A stretch of DNA of 64,000 nt from Nemertoderma westbladi (taxonomy: Eukaryota; Animalia; Xenacoelomorpha), in NCBI GenBank assembly GCA_032718475.1, contig JAUCBJ010002907.1:1-64000 (forward strand). Reading direction: 5' to 3'. Shown here piece by piece: positions 13,761-28,300 of the stretch; the stretch's first letter is position 1, and each line of letters begins with the position of its first letter. The position numbers and the translations under genes are program-made. The notes under the pieces were generated by a model, which was not told the DNA's origin, did no database searches, and worked only from the letters and a program-made list of their open reading frames with translations.

Positions 13761-14519
13761 AAAAACGTCTGTGTGTGTGTGTTTGTCTGTATGTTTGTGC
13801 ACACTGATGATATTGGCTTGGAAGGGTAAGAAGGGCTCTACTTCGTGGCCAACTATACAAAGAAATGTATCGATTATTTGGGTTCTTATTTCGGTTAATA
13901 ATTATTTAAGCGGGTAAAATTAAGTTGTATACAACGTTGTATAAAAATAGCTCAGGTCGAATCGCCGTGTCCCATTCTCATAAAGTTTTTATTTTATTCG
14001 AGTGTTTAATATAAAGATGTATGATTATTTATTGATTAAAAATTAAATAATGTAATATTCCCTCACACTGCCTCAGCTATGGTAGTGAATGGGAAGGATT
14101 TTCTCTGTATCATAGCAACGTTGTATAATTATTTAACTCTAGCTAGCTGGGAAGACATGTAGCAAGTTGGCTGGAGTGTTGAATGTGTCTCAGTAAATCC
14201 AATGGTTGTGAATGGTGGTTATTTATTTTTATTAAATTTTATTTCAATAATTATAATACTCTGATTGTATAATAAATAATAATAAATGCATGGGGATTCA
14301 AACAAACATTATTAGTCATAGTAGTCATAGTAACTAATGTATGTATACAGGTATTCTATATTGTTGAATTATTTTGTTGAAAAAATCGAATCTAAAATAT
14401 CCAATCTATTTATATATGCTATTGTTGCATCATGTATGTGTTTTTTTTTAATTCTAATCTACGTATACATCCAATTTCTGCGCCATATATGTTTTAACCC
14501 TGTAAATTTATATATATAT

Positions 14520-16260
14520 AATTAATAATATAATTTATTAAACCAAAAATATTGGTACAGTAAAAAACAAGGTACAAAATTTCACATATGCATATGGTAT
14601 TACAAAGAGATTACGCACGATTAATTAAGATTGCTGTAATAATATAAACTTTTAGAGTTCGCTCTACAAGATATGAGATGGTACTGCGACGCAGGCTCGC
14701 CACAGAGTCTACAACAGCAACTACTAGAGGCTTCGTGAAAACGCCCTGTCGAGCAAATATGGTGATGGTATCCGTGCATTGCTAAACGTGAGAGAATTTG
14801 TCGAGACCTTTGGTTCGAGTTCGCCCAACTTCGATCAGAGTGTAGTCCTAAAGACCAAAATTCACTTTGGATGTCGTCGAGTTTTTCATTAATATTACTG
14901 TGATAGATATTAAACTCTGTTGTGAGTGGAAGATTTAACTTGTCCACCAACTCCAGTGTCAACGGAGGTTCCTGAGCCAATGCGTAGACTAGGCGATTTT
15001 TTCTAAATTTTGAAAGAGTCTTCTTCAGATAGACTGTTTTAATTTTATCTAAAGTTTCCATATCACTGGATTTCAAATGGGGCCATATTACTCGTAAACC
15101 ATATGTTATGACCGGTACAATCTTAACAGAAAATAAGCGCATAGCTGTCGATACTGACAATAAGTGCGGATCGTGTATGGAATGGATTGATTTTAAACAT
15201 TTACAAGTGACTGCAACACAATGTTTGGTAAACGATAGGGACGGTTGAAAAATCATTCCAAGATACTTGTAGTTATTTACTATTTTGACTAATTTTCCAT
15301 TTAAGTAAAATTTATCGTTTAGACACAACTTCCCACCTCGTCGAAACTTCATAATAGCAGTTTTATCCAAATTAACTTCAAGACCATTTGCTTGTGTCCA
15401 ATCCCAAAGGGGGTCTAATGCGGTTTGAATTTCTTCTCTAGTATGGGCGTAAAATAAAAGGTCATCAGCAAACAGCAATATTACAACTTCGCCTATTTTC
15501 CGTACTGCTTCTCTAACAAAACCAACAATATCAGAAATGAAAATCACAAACAATAAAGGACTGAGACATAGACTGTGCCAATCCCCGTATCTGGGCTATA
15601 ATCTTAGATAACCGCAGTCCATCATATATTCTAATAAAATTTGTTGACAAAATGGCTTTAATTATTCTGTAGAGGCTTCCACGAATATTGCAATGATAAT
15701 AGAGCTTGTACAGAAGTAACTTACGCGGTACACTGTCAAAAGCTTTACGAAAGTCAACGTAAACTGCATACAATGGTGATCTTGGTCGAGACAGTTTAGA
15801 TTGAATATCTTTAATGAACTTGGTTAATGCCATTATAGTGGACATGCCGGGCATAAATCCATATTGTTCTGATGGGAGCTTATTAGACACTCGTAAACGC
15901 AAACGCTTCTCTACTAAACTGGTGAATATCTTAAACATATTGTACAAAAGTGCAATTCCACGATAGCAATCAGGATCCGATCTTGAGCCTTTGTTTTTAT
16001 ATAATACCTTAATTACACTGTTCTTCCATTTATTTACTAGGGTACCTGTTTGTAAACAGACATTTAACAAAGTTGTCACTAGAAGGAGAGTTACTGGTAA
16101 TGACGATTTTAATGACTCATAATATACTTTATCTGGACCACCCGATTTATTACTTGGTTTCCCCTTTATTATTTCTTCTACCTCTTCCATAGAGAAGGGA
16201 GGTTCTTCAACACATATAACATATGACATAATATAACAATAAGCACTTCTGTGAAACACA
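14520..16260 (-). mobile_element. 5'-truncated non-LTR retrotransposon (RT plus C-terminal CCHC knuckle), one frameshift
   Basis: ORFs 15531-16259 and 14621-15553 contain KSGGPD, YRGIALL, QYGF, VDFRKAFDSV, LLFADD, YKYLG and CRLC...HLISC. Confidence 0.9.
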
Positions 16261-16757
16261 AGGGCATAACTACAGTCTCTTCGAAATTACTCTATTCGAA
16301 ACACATCAATTCTCACACAAAACTACGAAAGAGAAAACAACCAAGTTAAGATTTTAGGTAGAGTTACTGGCAGTGTACTCTGTTAACAATGAAGCAGTTT
16401 GCTAAACTGGCAATAAACTAAATAAAATAAATGAAGCAGTTGTTAACAACTTTGGGTTAAATGTATTCAATCCGGACTCTTAGAATGCAATCAAGAGAAT
16501 TTATTTAATTAAAATCTTATTACTAAATGCATAATCTATTGTTTCGGAAATTTTTCGCGAAATAATTTATAATTTGACACCAGGGGCCCGTATGCTTAGT
16601 TTGTACTAGGGTAGTTCATACTTCATACTATGGTAGTTTGAACTAGTTCGTATGCTCATTCACTGACACTATAGTTTGAACTATAGTTCGTGCTTGTTTT
16701 GCTTAGCAAGCTCATTAGCAGGCTACCTAGCTAGTTTGGCGAATTTATTTTTAAAAA

Positions 16758-17823
16758 ATGGTAGCTTTTATGGATTTAAATGAGACAAAATAATAATCTA
16801 CATATAAACGAATATATAACCTTGTTGAGCACCCCTATGAAGTATTTCCTTGCGATAGATTGAACAGCAAACTAAAGGGACTATTCCGGTTTGATAAGGC
16901 GGGTATTGAATTCGTCACAGACTTGATTTGAGACAATATCATCACCATGGACAGCTGAAGAGGACTTCCGATTGCTCCTGAATTAAAAGTTATGATTGCT
17001 TTGCGCTACCTTGCTAGCGATTCACACCAGCTATCTATTGCCCACGCCTTCCACATTGACCAATGCACTGTTTCTAGACCTGTCAATGAAGTGATCGACA
17101 ATTTGGCCCCTTTAGTTGGAAAGTTTGTTTATTTTCCAACTGATCTCCAGCAACTTAAATCATTACAAACCAAGTTTTACCAAATGTGTCATTTTCCGCG
17201 AGTTGTTGGGGCAGTAGATGGTACCCATGTAAAGATTTCACCCCCAGCCGAACATGAGGCCTCCTATGTGAACAGAAAGGGAGAGACCACATTCAAATAA
17301 CGGCCAATATTGTCGCACACAGCCTGCCAGTGTGCGACAGTATTGGCCGTTATTTGAATGTGGTCTCTCGTTGGTCAGGATCTACTCATGATAGTTTCTG
17401 CTTGAAGGCCTTTCCTACTAATGGTGTCTTTCGCAATGTTGGAGGAATCATTCTCGGAGACAGCGGTTATCCGCTGAAGTCATTGCTAATGACACCGATA
17501 CCCCATCCAACAACTGACGCACATAAGAGATATAATTCTGCTCAGGAGAAAACTAGGGTGGTGGTCGAGCAGAGTTTTTTTTAAACTAAACGCCAATGGA
17601 ACATTCTACACGATGGAATTAGAATGCCAGTTGGTAAAGTACCAGTGGTGATTGGAGTTTGCTTCATGTTGAGAAATATTGCAATTGCGAGAGGGGGCTA
17701 GTAGGTAATTCGTATGGAGATGGATCGTAGATAATGTTGCTGTCGGATGCGATACCTACCACGGTGATTTATACAATGGGGGAGTTTATAGGAACCAGGT
17801 TGTTAATCAATACTTTTCTTGAA
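16758..17823 (+). pseudogene. PIF/Harbinger DDE nuclease (HARBI1-like transposase), degenerate
   Basis: Motifs ALRYLA, FPRVVGAVDGTHV, YVNRKG, GSTHDS, LGDSGYPL, YN..Q..TR.VVEQ; multiple stops and frameshifts. Confidence 0.9.
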
Positions 17824-18236
17824 TTTACAAATGTTACTTTTAACTATAAGAAATCACTACCTTTTTTATAGGGCACACACAACACACACTCTTAACTGCT
17901 GTAACTTTAGTTTATACACAATGTTGCTATGCAACGAATAGTAAACAGTCTAGTTATCAAGAAATATGTGGGCCCAATGCATGGCCTTCTAAACAACAGG
18001 TTGTTGTTTAGAATGCCATGGCCCAATGTCATAAACTCTGTTAATTGACTTCCCTATTTTTATACAGTCACCTAGCAACTAGTTAGACAGTGTGTAATTG
18101 TGAATAATAATATATAATTATATTAAATAATATTGTATAATAATATATAATTATATTAAATAATATTGTATAATAATATATAATAATAATAATATATATA
18201 TAATAATATAAAATTGAAAACGGCAGGGTAACTGTA

Positions 18237-18967
18237 TTACAAGTTGCGGATAATATGACCATCACTGTTGATATGATAGATTTCTGGCTCGATCTGAGTA
18301 ATTAGCTGGCGCGATTGAATGATAGTATCCAGCAACTCGAGTCCTTGGCCAACCAACTGCTGGATACATTCACAGGCACTGACCACTGCTTTATTAGCTT
18401 CTATAGTGGACTGATTGGCTTCTATCCGCGACTTTATTGCCTTTAACTGCAACTGGCGCAGATCCACATTTGTTTTCTGTGCTGCAGACATATTAAGGGC
18501 GGCTGCCTCCTCCCTGCGGATCTTCTTTCTCTTTGGTGGTTGTAGAGGGAGGACATTGGCCGAATTATGTAAGGAAGACTCCAGTGAGGTTCCAAACTTA
18601 CCCTCACCTGTGAACTTCTTCGAAGAGCCTAAAATGCTCATCACAGTATCGGTAGTCTGCGACACTGCCATAGGCACTGGTCCCCCACCCGTCTTGTTGC
18701 TTACCTTCTTGAATACTGCTACCTCTTCCTTTGACTTCATCATTGTTATTTCATTTCTTTTTAACTTGCCCCTCCAAAAAATTACCTCCCTCAGCATTCA
18801 AAGTGATGGAAGCCCAGGCATCGTTCCTTTTCTTCTGGTAACCACTAACCAGCCTTCTGCCCTTTACTGTTGATGTCGTTTTCTTTCACGCCATACAGTT
18901 CGATCAGTCTCATCTTTAGGTCACGTGTGAAGTATACCTTATCCACCCCTTTACCATCTGCATTCAT
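18237..18967 (-). pseudogene. Harbinger second gene (Myb/SANT-like DNA-binding protein), convergent with the nuclease
   Basis: N-terminal FT..LK.RLIEL...AWASI (frameshifted), then W..KLK...KTGGGP and a coiled-coil tail. This is the typical two-gene Harbinger layout. Confidence 0.7.
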
Positions 18968-19728
18968 GGTTGTAATAATATAAATAGACTGACTAGGCTT
19001 GAATACAGTTGTCTTTATTATAAAAAATAGTCACAAAAGTAAATCACTTTGAAACACTAAAACAATAGGTAGGCCCGAGTCAGTATATGCCATTGATGAC
19101 AGCAATGGTGAGAAAGTGAAAGTAAACAGAGTGTAACCTATCTGACAGTATCTGTATCTAATAAGCCTCCAAGTATGTAGGGCCTAGCATTCGTAAATGC
19201 GCCCAATACTTCTGACCAAGGCTATTTATTTACAAACATTCTAGAATACTGTAATATAAATAATATGATTTTATAATGAATTTTATTATGAAAAATTTTA
19301 TAATTTAATAGATTCAAAAAGATCGTGCGCACATGCATGTCGAACGCCGTTTTTGGTCCAAAATACTACGAAGTTATATTTATGATCTATTATAATGCAC
19401 GATTAAATCGTGTTTCCAAATCTGAAAACCGCTATTTAATAGCTCTTTTACTTTTCAAGTTATATAAATTTCCATTTAGGGAATCCTATTGAAATTACTA
19501 TTACTATGTATAATGAAAGGTCGATTATCTCCAAATATTTTTTTTATGATATTGTCACTAGCTAGTTTTTTTCTACTATCTTTTATAAATGTTAAAGAAC
19601 ACGTGTTAGCTATCAATTTTGATAAATATTTTTGTTCTAGAACACATTTTTTTCTAGAACATTTTTTGGGAAAAAATACCATCCTGCTGTTAGAAGGTCA
19701 AATATTTGTTCTAGAAAAAAACCTACAG

Positions 19729-19893
19729 TATCTGTATCCGGACAATTCGTACCCATCATGAAAAAATTCGGGTACGAATTATCTGTACGAATTGTCCGGG
19801 TATGGATTGACTGGGTATGGATTGTCCGGGTATGGATTGTCCACGTTCGAATTGACCGGGTACAAAGTGTCCGGGTACGAATTGTCTAACTTC
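19729..19893. mobile_element. MITE-like remnant with 15-bp subterminal repeats
   Basis: GGACAATTCGTACCC is followed by inverted tandem GGGTACGAATTGTCC units; same architecture as 45640-45994. Confidence 0.55.
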
Positions 19894-20365
19894 AGCTGCA
19901 ATGCAGCATGCTGATTATAGTAGTAGTTTAACTCTACTGCCTTTTTATATACTATTTTAATCACCAGACCTTTTATTAATTGATTAATGGGGCAGCATGT
20001 AACGACGATAAAAATAACCTAACTATTGAGGACGAGAAGTAGAAGGGAGATTTGTAATGTCCCAATTTCTAAAAAAAAAAAACAGCTTTCTGGAAGGTTG
20101 GTAATATTCCAGGCAGAAAATTATCAAAATCTCCAAGTCTTCCTGTTGAGATTCGAATAATTTCCGTACAAGCGAATCTAAACCTACTTATTTACAAATG
20201 TACACGGGGTTTGTGTAAGGGGCCTACCCGACAAGCCTTCATCTACATTATATAATCATTATGTACCAGGAACTTACTCAACTATATGAAAGTATGTATC
20301 AATTTGAATTATATTTTGTAGTAATAAATAGTTGATTAAATAAAATAATAGAAAAAAAAATAATG

Positions 20366-21500
20366 GAGGCCTACATTTAGGCGTATATACTTATTGAGTA
20401 CGCCTACATTTAGGCCTATATACTTATTGAGTACGGCTACATTTAGGCCTATATACTTGTTGAGTACGCCTACATTTAAGCCTATATACTTATTGAGTAC
20501 GCCTACATTTAGGCCTATATACTTATTGAGTACGCCTACATTTAGTAGGCCTATATACTTATTGAGTACGCCTACATTTAGGCCTATATACTTATTGAGT
20601 ACGGCTACATTTAGGCCTATATACTTGTTGAGTACGCCTACATTTAGGCCTATATACTTATTGAGTACGCCTACATTTAGGCCTATATACTTATTGAGTA
20701 CGCCTACATTTAGTAGGCCTATATACTTATTGAGTACGCCTACATTTAGGCATATATACTTATTGAGTACACCTACATTTAGTAGGCCTATATACTTATT
20801 AAGTACACCTACATTTAGTAGGCCTATATACTTATTGCGTACGCCTACATTTAGTAGGCCTATATACTTATTGAGTACGCCTACATTTAGTAGGCCTATA
20901 TACTTATTGAGTACACCGACATTTAGTAGGCCTATATACTTATTAAGTACACCTACATTTAGTAGGCCTATATACTTATTGAGTACGCCTACATTTAGGC
21001 CTATATACTTATTGAGTACGCCTACATTTAGGCCTATATACTTATTGAGTACGCCTACATTTAGTAGGCCTATATAATTATTGAGTACGCCTACATTTAG
21101 GCCTATATACTTATTGAATACACCTACATTTAGTAGGCCTATATACTTATTAAGTACAACTACATTTAGTAGGCCTATATACTTATTGCATACGCCTACA
21201 TTTAGTAGGACTATATACTTATTGAGTACACCTACATTTAGTAGGCCTATATACTTATTAAGTACACCTACATTTAGTAGGCCTATATACTTATTGCGTA
21301 CGCCTACATTTAGTAGGCCTATATACTTATTGAGTACGCCTACATTTAGTAGGCCTATATACTTATTGAGTACGCACACCTACATTTAGGCCTATATACT
21401 TATTGAGTACGTCTACATTTAGTACACCTATATACTTATTGAGTACGCCTACATTTAGTAGGCCTATATACTTATTGCGTACGCCTACATTTAGGCCTCA
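20366..21500. repeat. 33/36-bp minisatellite
   Basis: Unit AGGCCTATATACTTATTGAGTACGCCTACATTT(AGT). Confidence 0.95.
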
Positions 21501-22067
21501 CCAGACACACGTATACTCCTACATTTAGGCCTATATACTGTACTTGTTGACTACTCGTACATTTAGGCATATATACTTATTGAATACGCTTACATGTGGG
21601 CCTATATTCTCACGAGTAAAACAAATATTCTTTCTTGGGTAGCGGATCTAATGATGACCCACTTACCATGCCTTTCAATCATTCTATACAAAAGAAAGGC
21701 CCCGTTATCATAAAGCGTAGATTAGTGAAGCGGATACCACCTATCAATGATAATCACAAAAATAAAACGACAATTGATTACGGCCAGTACCGCGTTATTA
21801 CTGTTCCATATTTGATTATATAGACAGAATATTATCAGAAATGTAGAAAAAACAGTGTAACTTTCATGCAAAATGCATGTTAAATTATTAAATTGTAGCC
21901 CCGGGCCCTACATTATTTTGACTTATGTACATTCTCTTGAGACAGTTGCAAGGTCACGGAATAATACCAACATAGAAGTCCAGCCCTTGCATGTTCATTA
22001 GAGTATAAATTACTCACATTAGTGTATATGTATGTACTGTAAGTGTATCATTAGTGTATACTGCACA

Positions 22068-22373
22068 TTATAATGCATGTATGTCCTGCAGTATACATCT
22101 TCCAATGTCCTTTCTTACAAAGGCATGGACAAACTTGTAATTACAATAATCAATACAATTAATATCATCAATGACATTACCATGTTCATTGGTCATGTCA
22201 TTATAATCTAATAATTCCGGTACATGATTAACTTTGTTGCCTTCTTGGCGCCCTGGTGTTACATTGCCAGTGCATTGTGCAGTAAATTGGGTTTCAATTT
22301 CCGGGGTTCGTTTTTGTATGTTAAGGAGGTAGTAATGCCAGCTGATTTCATCAAGCAAAAATTCAACTGTAAC
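22068..22373 (-). CDS. Candidate terminal exon of an antisense Cys-containing protein (COLFI-like motifs, tentative)
   Basis: 101 stop-free codons of non-repetitive sequence after a CAG acceptor (weak polypyrimidine tract). Motifs QFTAQC, LLDYND, VIDDINC, RCILQDI. Confidence 0.35.
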   Translation of the reverse strand, partial: VTVEFLLDEISWHYYLLNIQKRTPEIETQFTAQCTGNVTPGRQEGNKVNHVPELLDYNDMTNEHGNVIDDINCIDYCNYKFVHAFVRKDIGRCILQDIHAL

Positions 22374-25300
22374 CTGTACTATGGATTCTCGTTTGATGTT
22401 ATGGTTAGACACTAGGATACCTTAACGCCACAGTAACCTGTACTATTGATTCTCGTTTGTTTGTTATGGTTAGACACTAGGATACCTTAACGCCACAGTA
22501 ACCTGTACTATTGATTCTCGTTTTTTGTTATGGTTAGACATTAGGATACCTTAACGCCACAGTAACCTGTACTATTGATTCTCGTTTTTTGTAACGCCAC
22601 AGTAACCTGTACTATTGATTCTCGTTTTTTGTTATGGTTAGACACTAGGATACCTTAACGCCACAGTAACCTGTACTATTGATTCTCGTTTTTTGTTATG
22701 GTTAGACACTAGGATACCTTAACGCCACAGTAACCTGTACTATTGATTCTCGTTTTTTGTTATGGTTAGACACTAGGATACCTTAACGCCACAGTAACCT
22801 GTACTATTGATTCTCGTTTTTTGTTATGGTTAGACACTAGGATACCTTAACGCCACAGTAACCTGTACTATTGATTCTCGTTTTTTGTTATGGTTAGATA
22901 CAAGGATACCTTAACGCCACAGTAACCTGTACTATTGATTCTCGTTTTTTGTTATGGTTAGACACTAGGATACCTTAACGCCACAGTAACCAGTACTATT
23001 GATTCTCGTTTTTTGTTATGGTTAGATACTAGGATACCTTAACGCCACAGTAACCTGTACTATTGATTCTCGTTTTTTGTTATGGTTAGATACTAGGATA
23101 CCTTAACGCCACAGTAACCTGTACTATTGATTCTCGTTTTTTGTTATGGTTAGATACTAGGATACCTTAACGCCACAGTAACCTGTACTATTGATTCTCG
23201 TTTTTTGTTATGGTTAGATACTAGGATACCTTAACGCCACAGTAACCTGTACTATTGATTCTCGTTTTTTGTTATGGTTAGACACTAGGATACCTTAACG
23301 CCACAGTAACCAGTACTATTGATTCTCGTTTTTTGTTATGGTTAGACACTAGAATACCTTAACGCCACAGTAACCTGTACTATTGATTCTCGTTTTTTGT
23401 TATGGTTAGACACTAGGATACCTTAACGCCACAGTAACCTGTACTATTGATTCTCGTTTTTTGTTATGGTTCGACACTAGGATACCTTAACGCCACAGTA
23501 ACCTGTACTATTGATTCTCGTTTTTTGTTATGGTTAGACACTAGGATACCTTAACGCCACAGTAACCTGTACTATTGCTTCTCGTTTTTTGTTATGGTTA
23601 GACACTAGGATACCTTAACGCCACAGTAACCTGTACTATTGATTCTCGTTTTTTGTTATGGTTAGACACTAGGATACCTTAACGCCACAGTAACCTGTAC
23701 TATTGATTCTCGTTTTTTGTTATGGTTAGACACTAGGATACCTTAACGCCACAGTAACCTGTACTATTGATTCTCGTTTTTTGTTATGGTTAGACACTAG
23801 GATACCTTAATGACACAGTAACCTGTACTATTGATTCTCGTTTTTTGTTATGGTTAGATACTAGGATACCTTAACGCCACAGTAACCTGTACTATTGATT
23901 CTCGTTTTTTGTTATGGTTAGACACTAGGATACCTTAACGCCACAGTAACCTGTACTATTGATTCTCGTTTTTTGTTATGGTTAGATACTAGGATACCTT
24001 AACGCCACAGTAACCTGTACTATTGATTCTCGTTTTTTGTTATGGTTAGACACTAGGATACCTTAACGCCACAGTAACCTGTACTATTGCTTCTCGTTTT
24101 TTGTTATGGTTAGACACTAGGATACCTTAACGCCACAGTAACCTGTACTATTGATTCTCGTTTTTTGTAACGCCACAGTAACCTGTACTATTGATTCTCG
24201 TTTTTTGTTATGGTTAGACACTAGGATACCTTAACGCCACAGTAACCTGTACTATTGATTCTCGTTTTTTGTTATGGTTAGACACTAGGATACCTTAACG
24301 CCACAGTAACCTGTACTATTGATTCTCGTTTTTTGTTATGGTTAGACACTAGGATACCTTAACGCCACAGTAACCTGTACTATTGATTCTCGTTTTTTGT
24401 TATGGTTAGACACTAGGATACCTTAACGCCACAGTAACCTGTACTATTGATTCTCGTTTTTTGTTATGGTTAGATACTAGGATACCTTAACGCCACAGTA
24501 ACCTGTACTATTGATTCTCGTTTTTTGTTATGGTTAGACACTAGGATACCTTAACGCCACAGTAACCTGTACTATTGATTCTCGTTTTTTGTTATGGTTA
24601 GACACTAGGATACCTTAACGCCACAGTAACCTGTACTATTGATTCTCGTTTGATGTTATGGTTAGACACTAGGATACCTTAACGCCACAGTAACCTGTAC
24701 TATTGATTCTCGTTTTTTGTTATGGTTAGACACTAGGATACCTTAACGCCACAGTAACCTGTACTATTGATTCTCGTTTGATGTTATGGTTAGACACTAG
24801 GATACCTTAACGCCACAGTAACCTGTACTATTGATTCTCGTTTTTTGTTATGGTTAGACACTAGGATACCTTAACGCCACAGTAACCTGTACTATTGATT
24901 CTCGTTTTTTGTTATGGTTAGATACTAGGATACCTTAACGCCACAGTAACCTGTACTATTGATTCTCGTTTTTTGTTATGGTTAGACACTAGGATACCTT
25001 AACGCCACAGTAACCAGTACTATTGATTCTCGTTTTTTGTTATGGTTAGATACTAGGATACCTTAACGCCACAGTAACCTGTACTATTGATTCTCGTTTT
25101 TTGATATGGTTAGATACTAGGATACCTTAACGCCACAGTAACCTGTACTATTGATTCTCGTTTTTTGTTATGGTTAGATACTAGGATACCTTAACGCCAC
25201 AGTAACCTGTACTATTGATTCTCGTTTTTTGTTATGGTTAGATACTAGGATACCTTAACGCCACAGTAACCTGTACTATTGATTCTCGTTTTTTGTTATG

Positions 25301-28300
25301 GTTAGACACTAGAATACCTTAACGCCACAGTAACCTGTACTATTGATTCTCGTTTTTTGTTATGGTTAGACACTAGGATACCTTAACGCCACAGTAACCT
25401 GTACTATTGATTCTCGTTTTTTGTTATGGTTCGACACTAGGATACCTTAACGCCACAGTAACCTGTACTATTGATTCTCGTTTTTTGTTATGGTTAGACA
25501 CTAGGATACCTTAACGCCACAGTAACCTGTACTATTGCTTCTCGTTTTTTGTTATGGTTAGACACTAGGATACCTTAACGCCACAGTAACCTGTACTATT
25601 GATTCTCGTTTTTTGTTATGGTTAGACACTAGGATACCTTAACGCCACAGTAACCTGTACTATTGATTCTCGTTTTTTGTTATGGTTAGACACTAGGATA
25701 CCTTAACGCCACAGTAACCTGTACTATTGATTCTCGTTTTTTGTTATGGTTAGACACTAGGATACCTTAATGCCACAGTAACCTGTACTATTGATTCTCG
25801 TTTTTTGTTATGGTTAGATACTAGGATACCTTAACGCCACAGTAACCTGTACTATTGATTCTCGTTTTTTGTTATGGTTAGACACTAGGATACCTTAACG
25901 CCACAGTAACCTGTACTATTGATTCTCGTTTTTTGTTATGGTTAGATACTAGGATACCTTAACGCCACAGTAACCTGTACTATTGATTCTCGTTTTTTGT
26001 TATGGTTAGACACTAGGATACCTTAACGCCACAGTAACCTGTACTATTGCTTCTCGTTTTTTGTTATGGTTAGACACTAGGATACCTTAACGCCACAGTA
26101 ACCTGTACTATTGATTCTCGTTTTTTGTAACGCCACAGTAACCTGTACTATTGATTCTCGTTTTTTGTTATGGTTAGACACTAGGATACCTTAACGCCAC
26201 AGTAACCTGTACTATTGATTCTCGTTTTTTGTTATGGTTAGACACTAGGATACCTTAACGCCACAGTAACCTGTACTATTGATTCTCGTTTTTTGTTATG
26301 GTTAGACACTAGGATACCTTAACGCCACAGTAACCTGTACTATTGATTCTCGTTTTTTGTTATGGTTAGACACTAGGATACCTTAACGCCACAGTAACCT
26401 GTACTATTGATTCTCGTTTTTTGTTATGGTTAGATACTAGGATACCTTAACGCCACAGTAACCTGTACTATTGATTCTCGTTTTTTGTTATGGTTAGACA
26501 CTAGGATACCTTAACGCCACAGTAACCTGTACTATTGATTCTCGTTTTTTGTTATGGTTAGACACTAGGATACCTTAACGCCACAGTAACCTGTACTATT
26601 GATTCTCGTTTGATGTTATGGTTAGACACTAGGATACCTTAACGCCACAGTAACCTGTACTATTGATTCTCGTTTTTTGTTATGGTTAGACACTAGGATA
26701 CCTTAACGCCACAGTAACCTGTACTATTGATTCTCGTTTGATGTTATGGTTAGACACTAGGATACCTTAACGCCACAGTAACCTGTACTATTGATTCTCG
26801 TTTTTTGTTATGGTTAGACACTAGGATACCTTAACGCCACAGTAACCTGTACTATTGATTCTCGTTTGTTTGTTATGGTTAGACACTAGGATACCTTAAC
26901 GCCACAGTAACCTGTACTATTGATTCTCGTTTTTTGTTATGGTTAGACACTAGGATACCTTAACGCCACAGTAACCTGTACTATTGATTCTCGTTTGTTT
27001 CTTATGGTTAGACACTAGGATACCTTAACGCCACAGTAACCTGTACTATTGATTCTCGTTTTTTGTTATGGTTAGATACTAGGATACCTTAACGCCACAG
27101 TAACCTGTACTATTGATTCTCGTTTTTTGTTATGGTTAGACACTAGGATACCTTAACGCCACAGTAACCTGTACTATTGATTCTCGTTTGATGTTATGGT
27201 TAGACACTAGGATACCTTAACGCCACAGTAACCTGTACTATTGATTCTCGTTTTTTGTTATGGTTAGACACTAGGATACCTTAACGCCACAGTAACCTGT
27301 ACTATTGATTCTCGTTTTTTGTTATGGTTAGACACTAGGATACCTTAACGCCACAGTAACCTGTACTATTGATTCTCGTTTTTTGTTATGGTTAGACACT
27401 AGGATACCTTAACGCCACAGTAACCTGTACTATTGATTCTCGTTTTTTGTTATGGTTAGACACTAGGATACCTTAACGCCACAGTAACCTGTACTATTGA
27501 TTCTCGTTTGATGTTATGGTTAGACACTACGATACCTTAACGCCACAGTAACCTGTACTATTGATTCTCGTTTTTTGTTATGGTTAGACACTAGGATACC
27601 TTAACGCCACAGTAACCTGTACTATTGATTCTCGTTTGTTTGTTATGGTTAGACACTAGGATACCTTAACGCCACAGTAACCTGTACTATTGATTCTCGT
27701 TTTTTGTTATGGTTAGACACTAGGATACCTTAACGCCACAGTAACCTGTACTATTGATTCTCGTTTGTTTGTTATGGTTAGACACTAGGATACCTTAACG
27801 CCACAGTAACCTGTACTATTGATTCTCGTTTTTTGTTATGGTTAGATACTAGGATACCTTAACGCCACAGTAACCTGTACTATTGATTCTCGTTTTTTGT
27901 TATGGTTAGACACTAGGATACCTTAACGCCACAGTAACCTGTACTATTGATTCTCGTTTGTTTGTTATGGTTAGACACTAGGATACCTTAACGCCACAGT
28001 AACCTGTACTATTGATTCTCGTTTTTTGTTATGGTTAGACACTAGGATACCTTAACGCCACAGTAACCTGTACTATTGATTCTCGTTTTTTGTTATGGTT
28101 AGACACTAGGATACCTTAACGCCACAGTAACCTGTACTATTGATTCTCGTTTTTTGTTATGGTTAGACACTAGGATACCTTAACGCCACAGTAACCTGTA
28201 CTATTGCTTCTCGTTTTTTGTTATGGTTAGACACTAGGATACCTTAACGCCACAGTAACCTGTACTATTGATTCTCGTTTGATGTTATGGTTAGACACTA

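Larger units (their letters stand above)
16582..19000. mobile_element. Harbinger element remnant
   Basis: A GGGGCCCGTATGC end-like sequence precedes the nuclease, and the two genes are convergent. The right TIR was not found. Confidence 0.65.

Noticed and set aside
16758-17823. Domesticated HARBI1 host gene
   Set aside because: It has multiple stops and frameshifts and is paired with a Myb-like gene as in transposons; it is a decayed element.
20336-21389. 347-aa and 227-aa repetitive ORFs
   Set aside because: By-products of a 33/36-bp stop-free unit that is open on both strands; no unique domains or processing sites.
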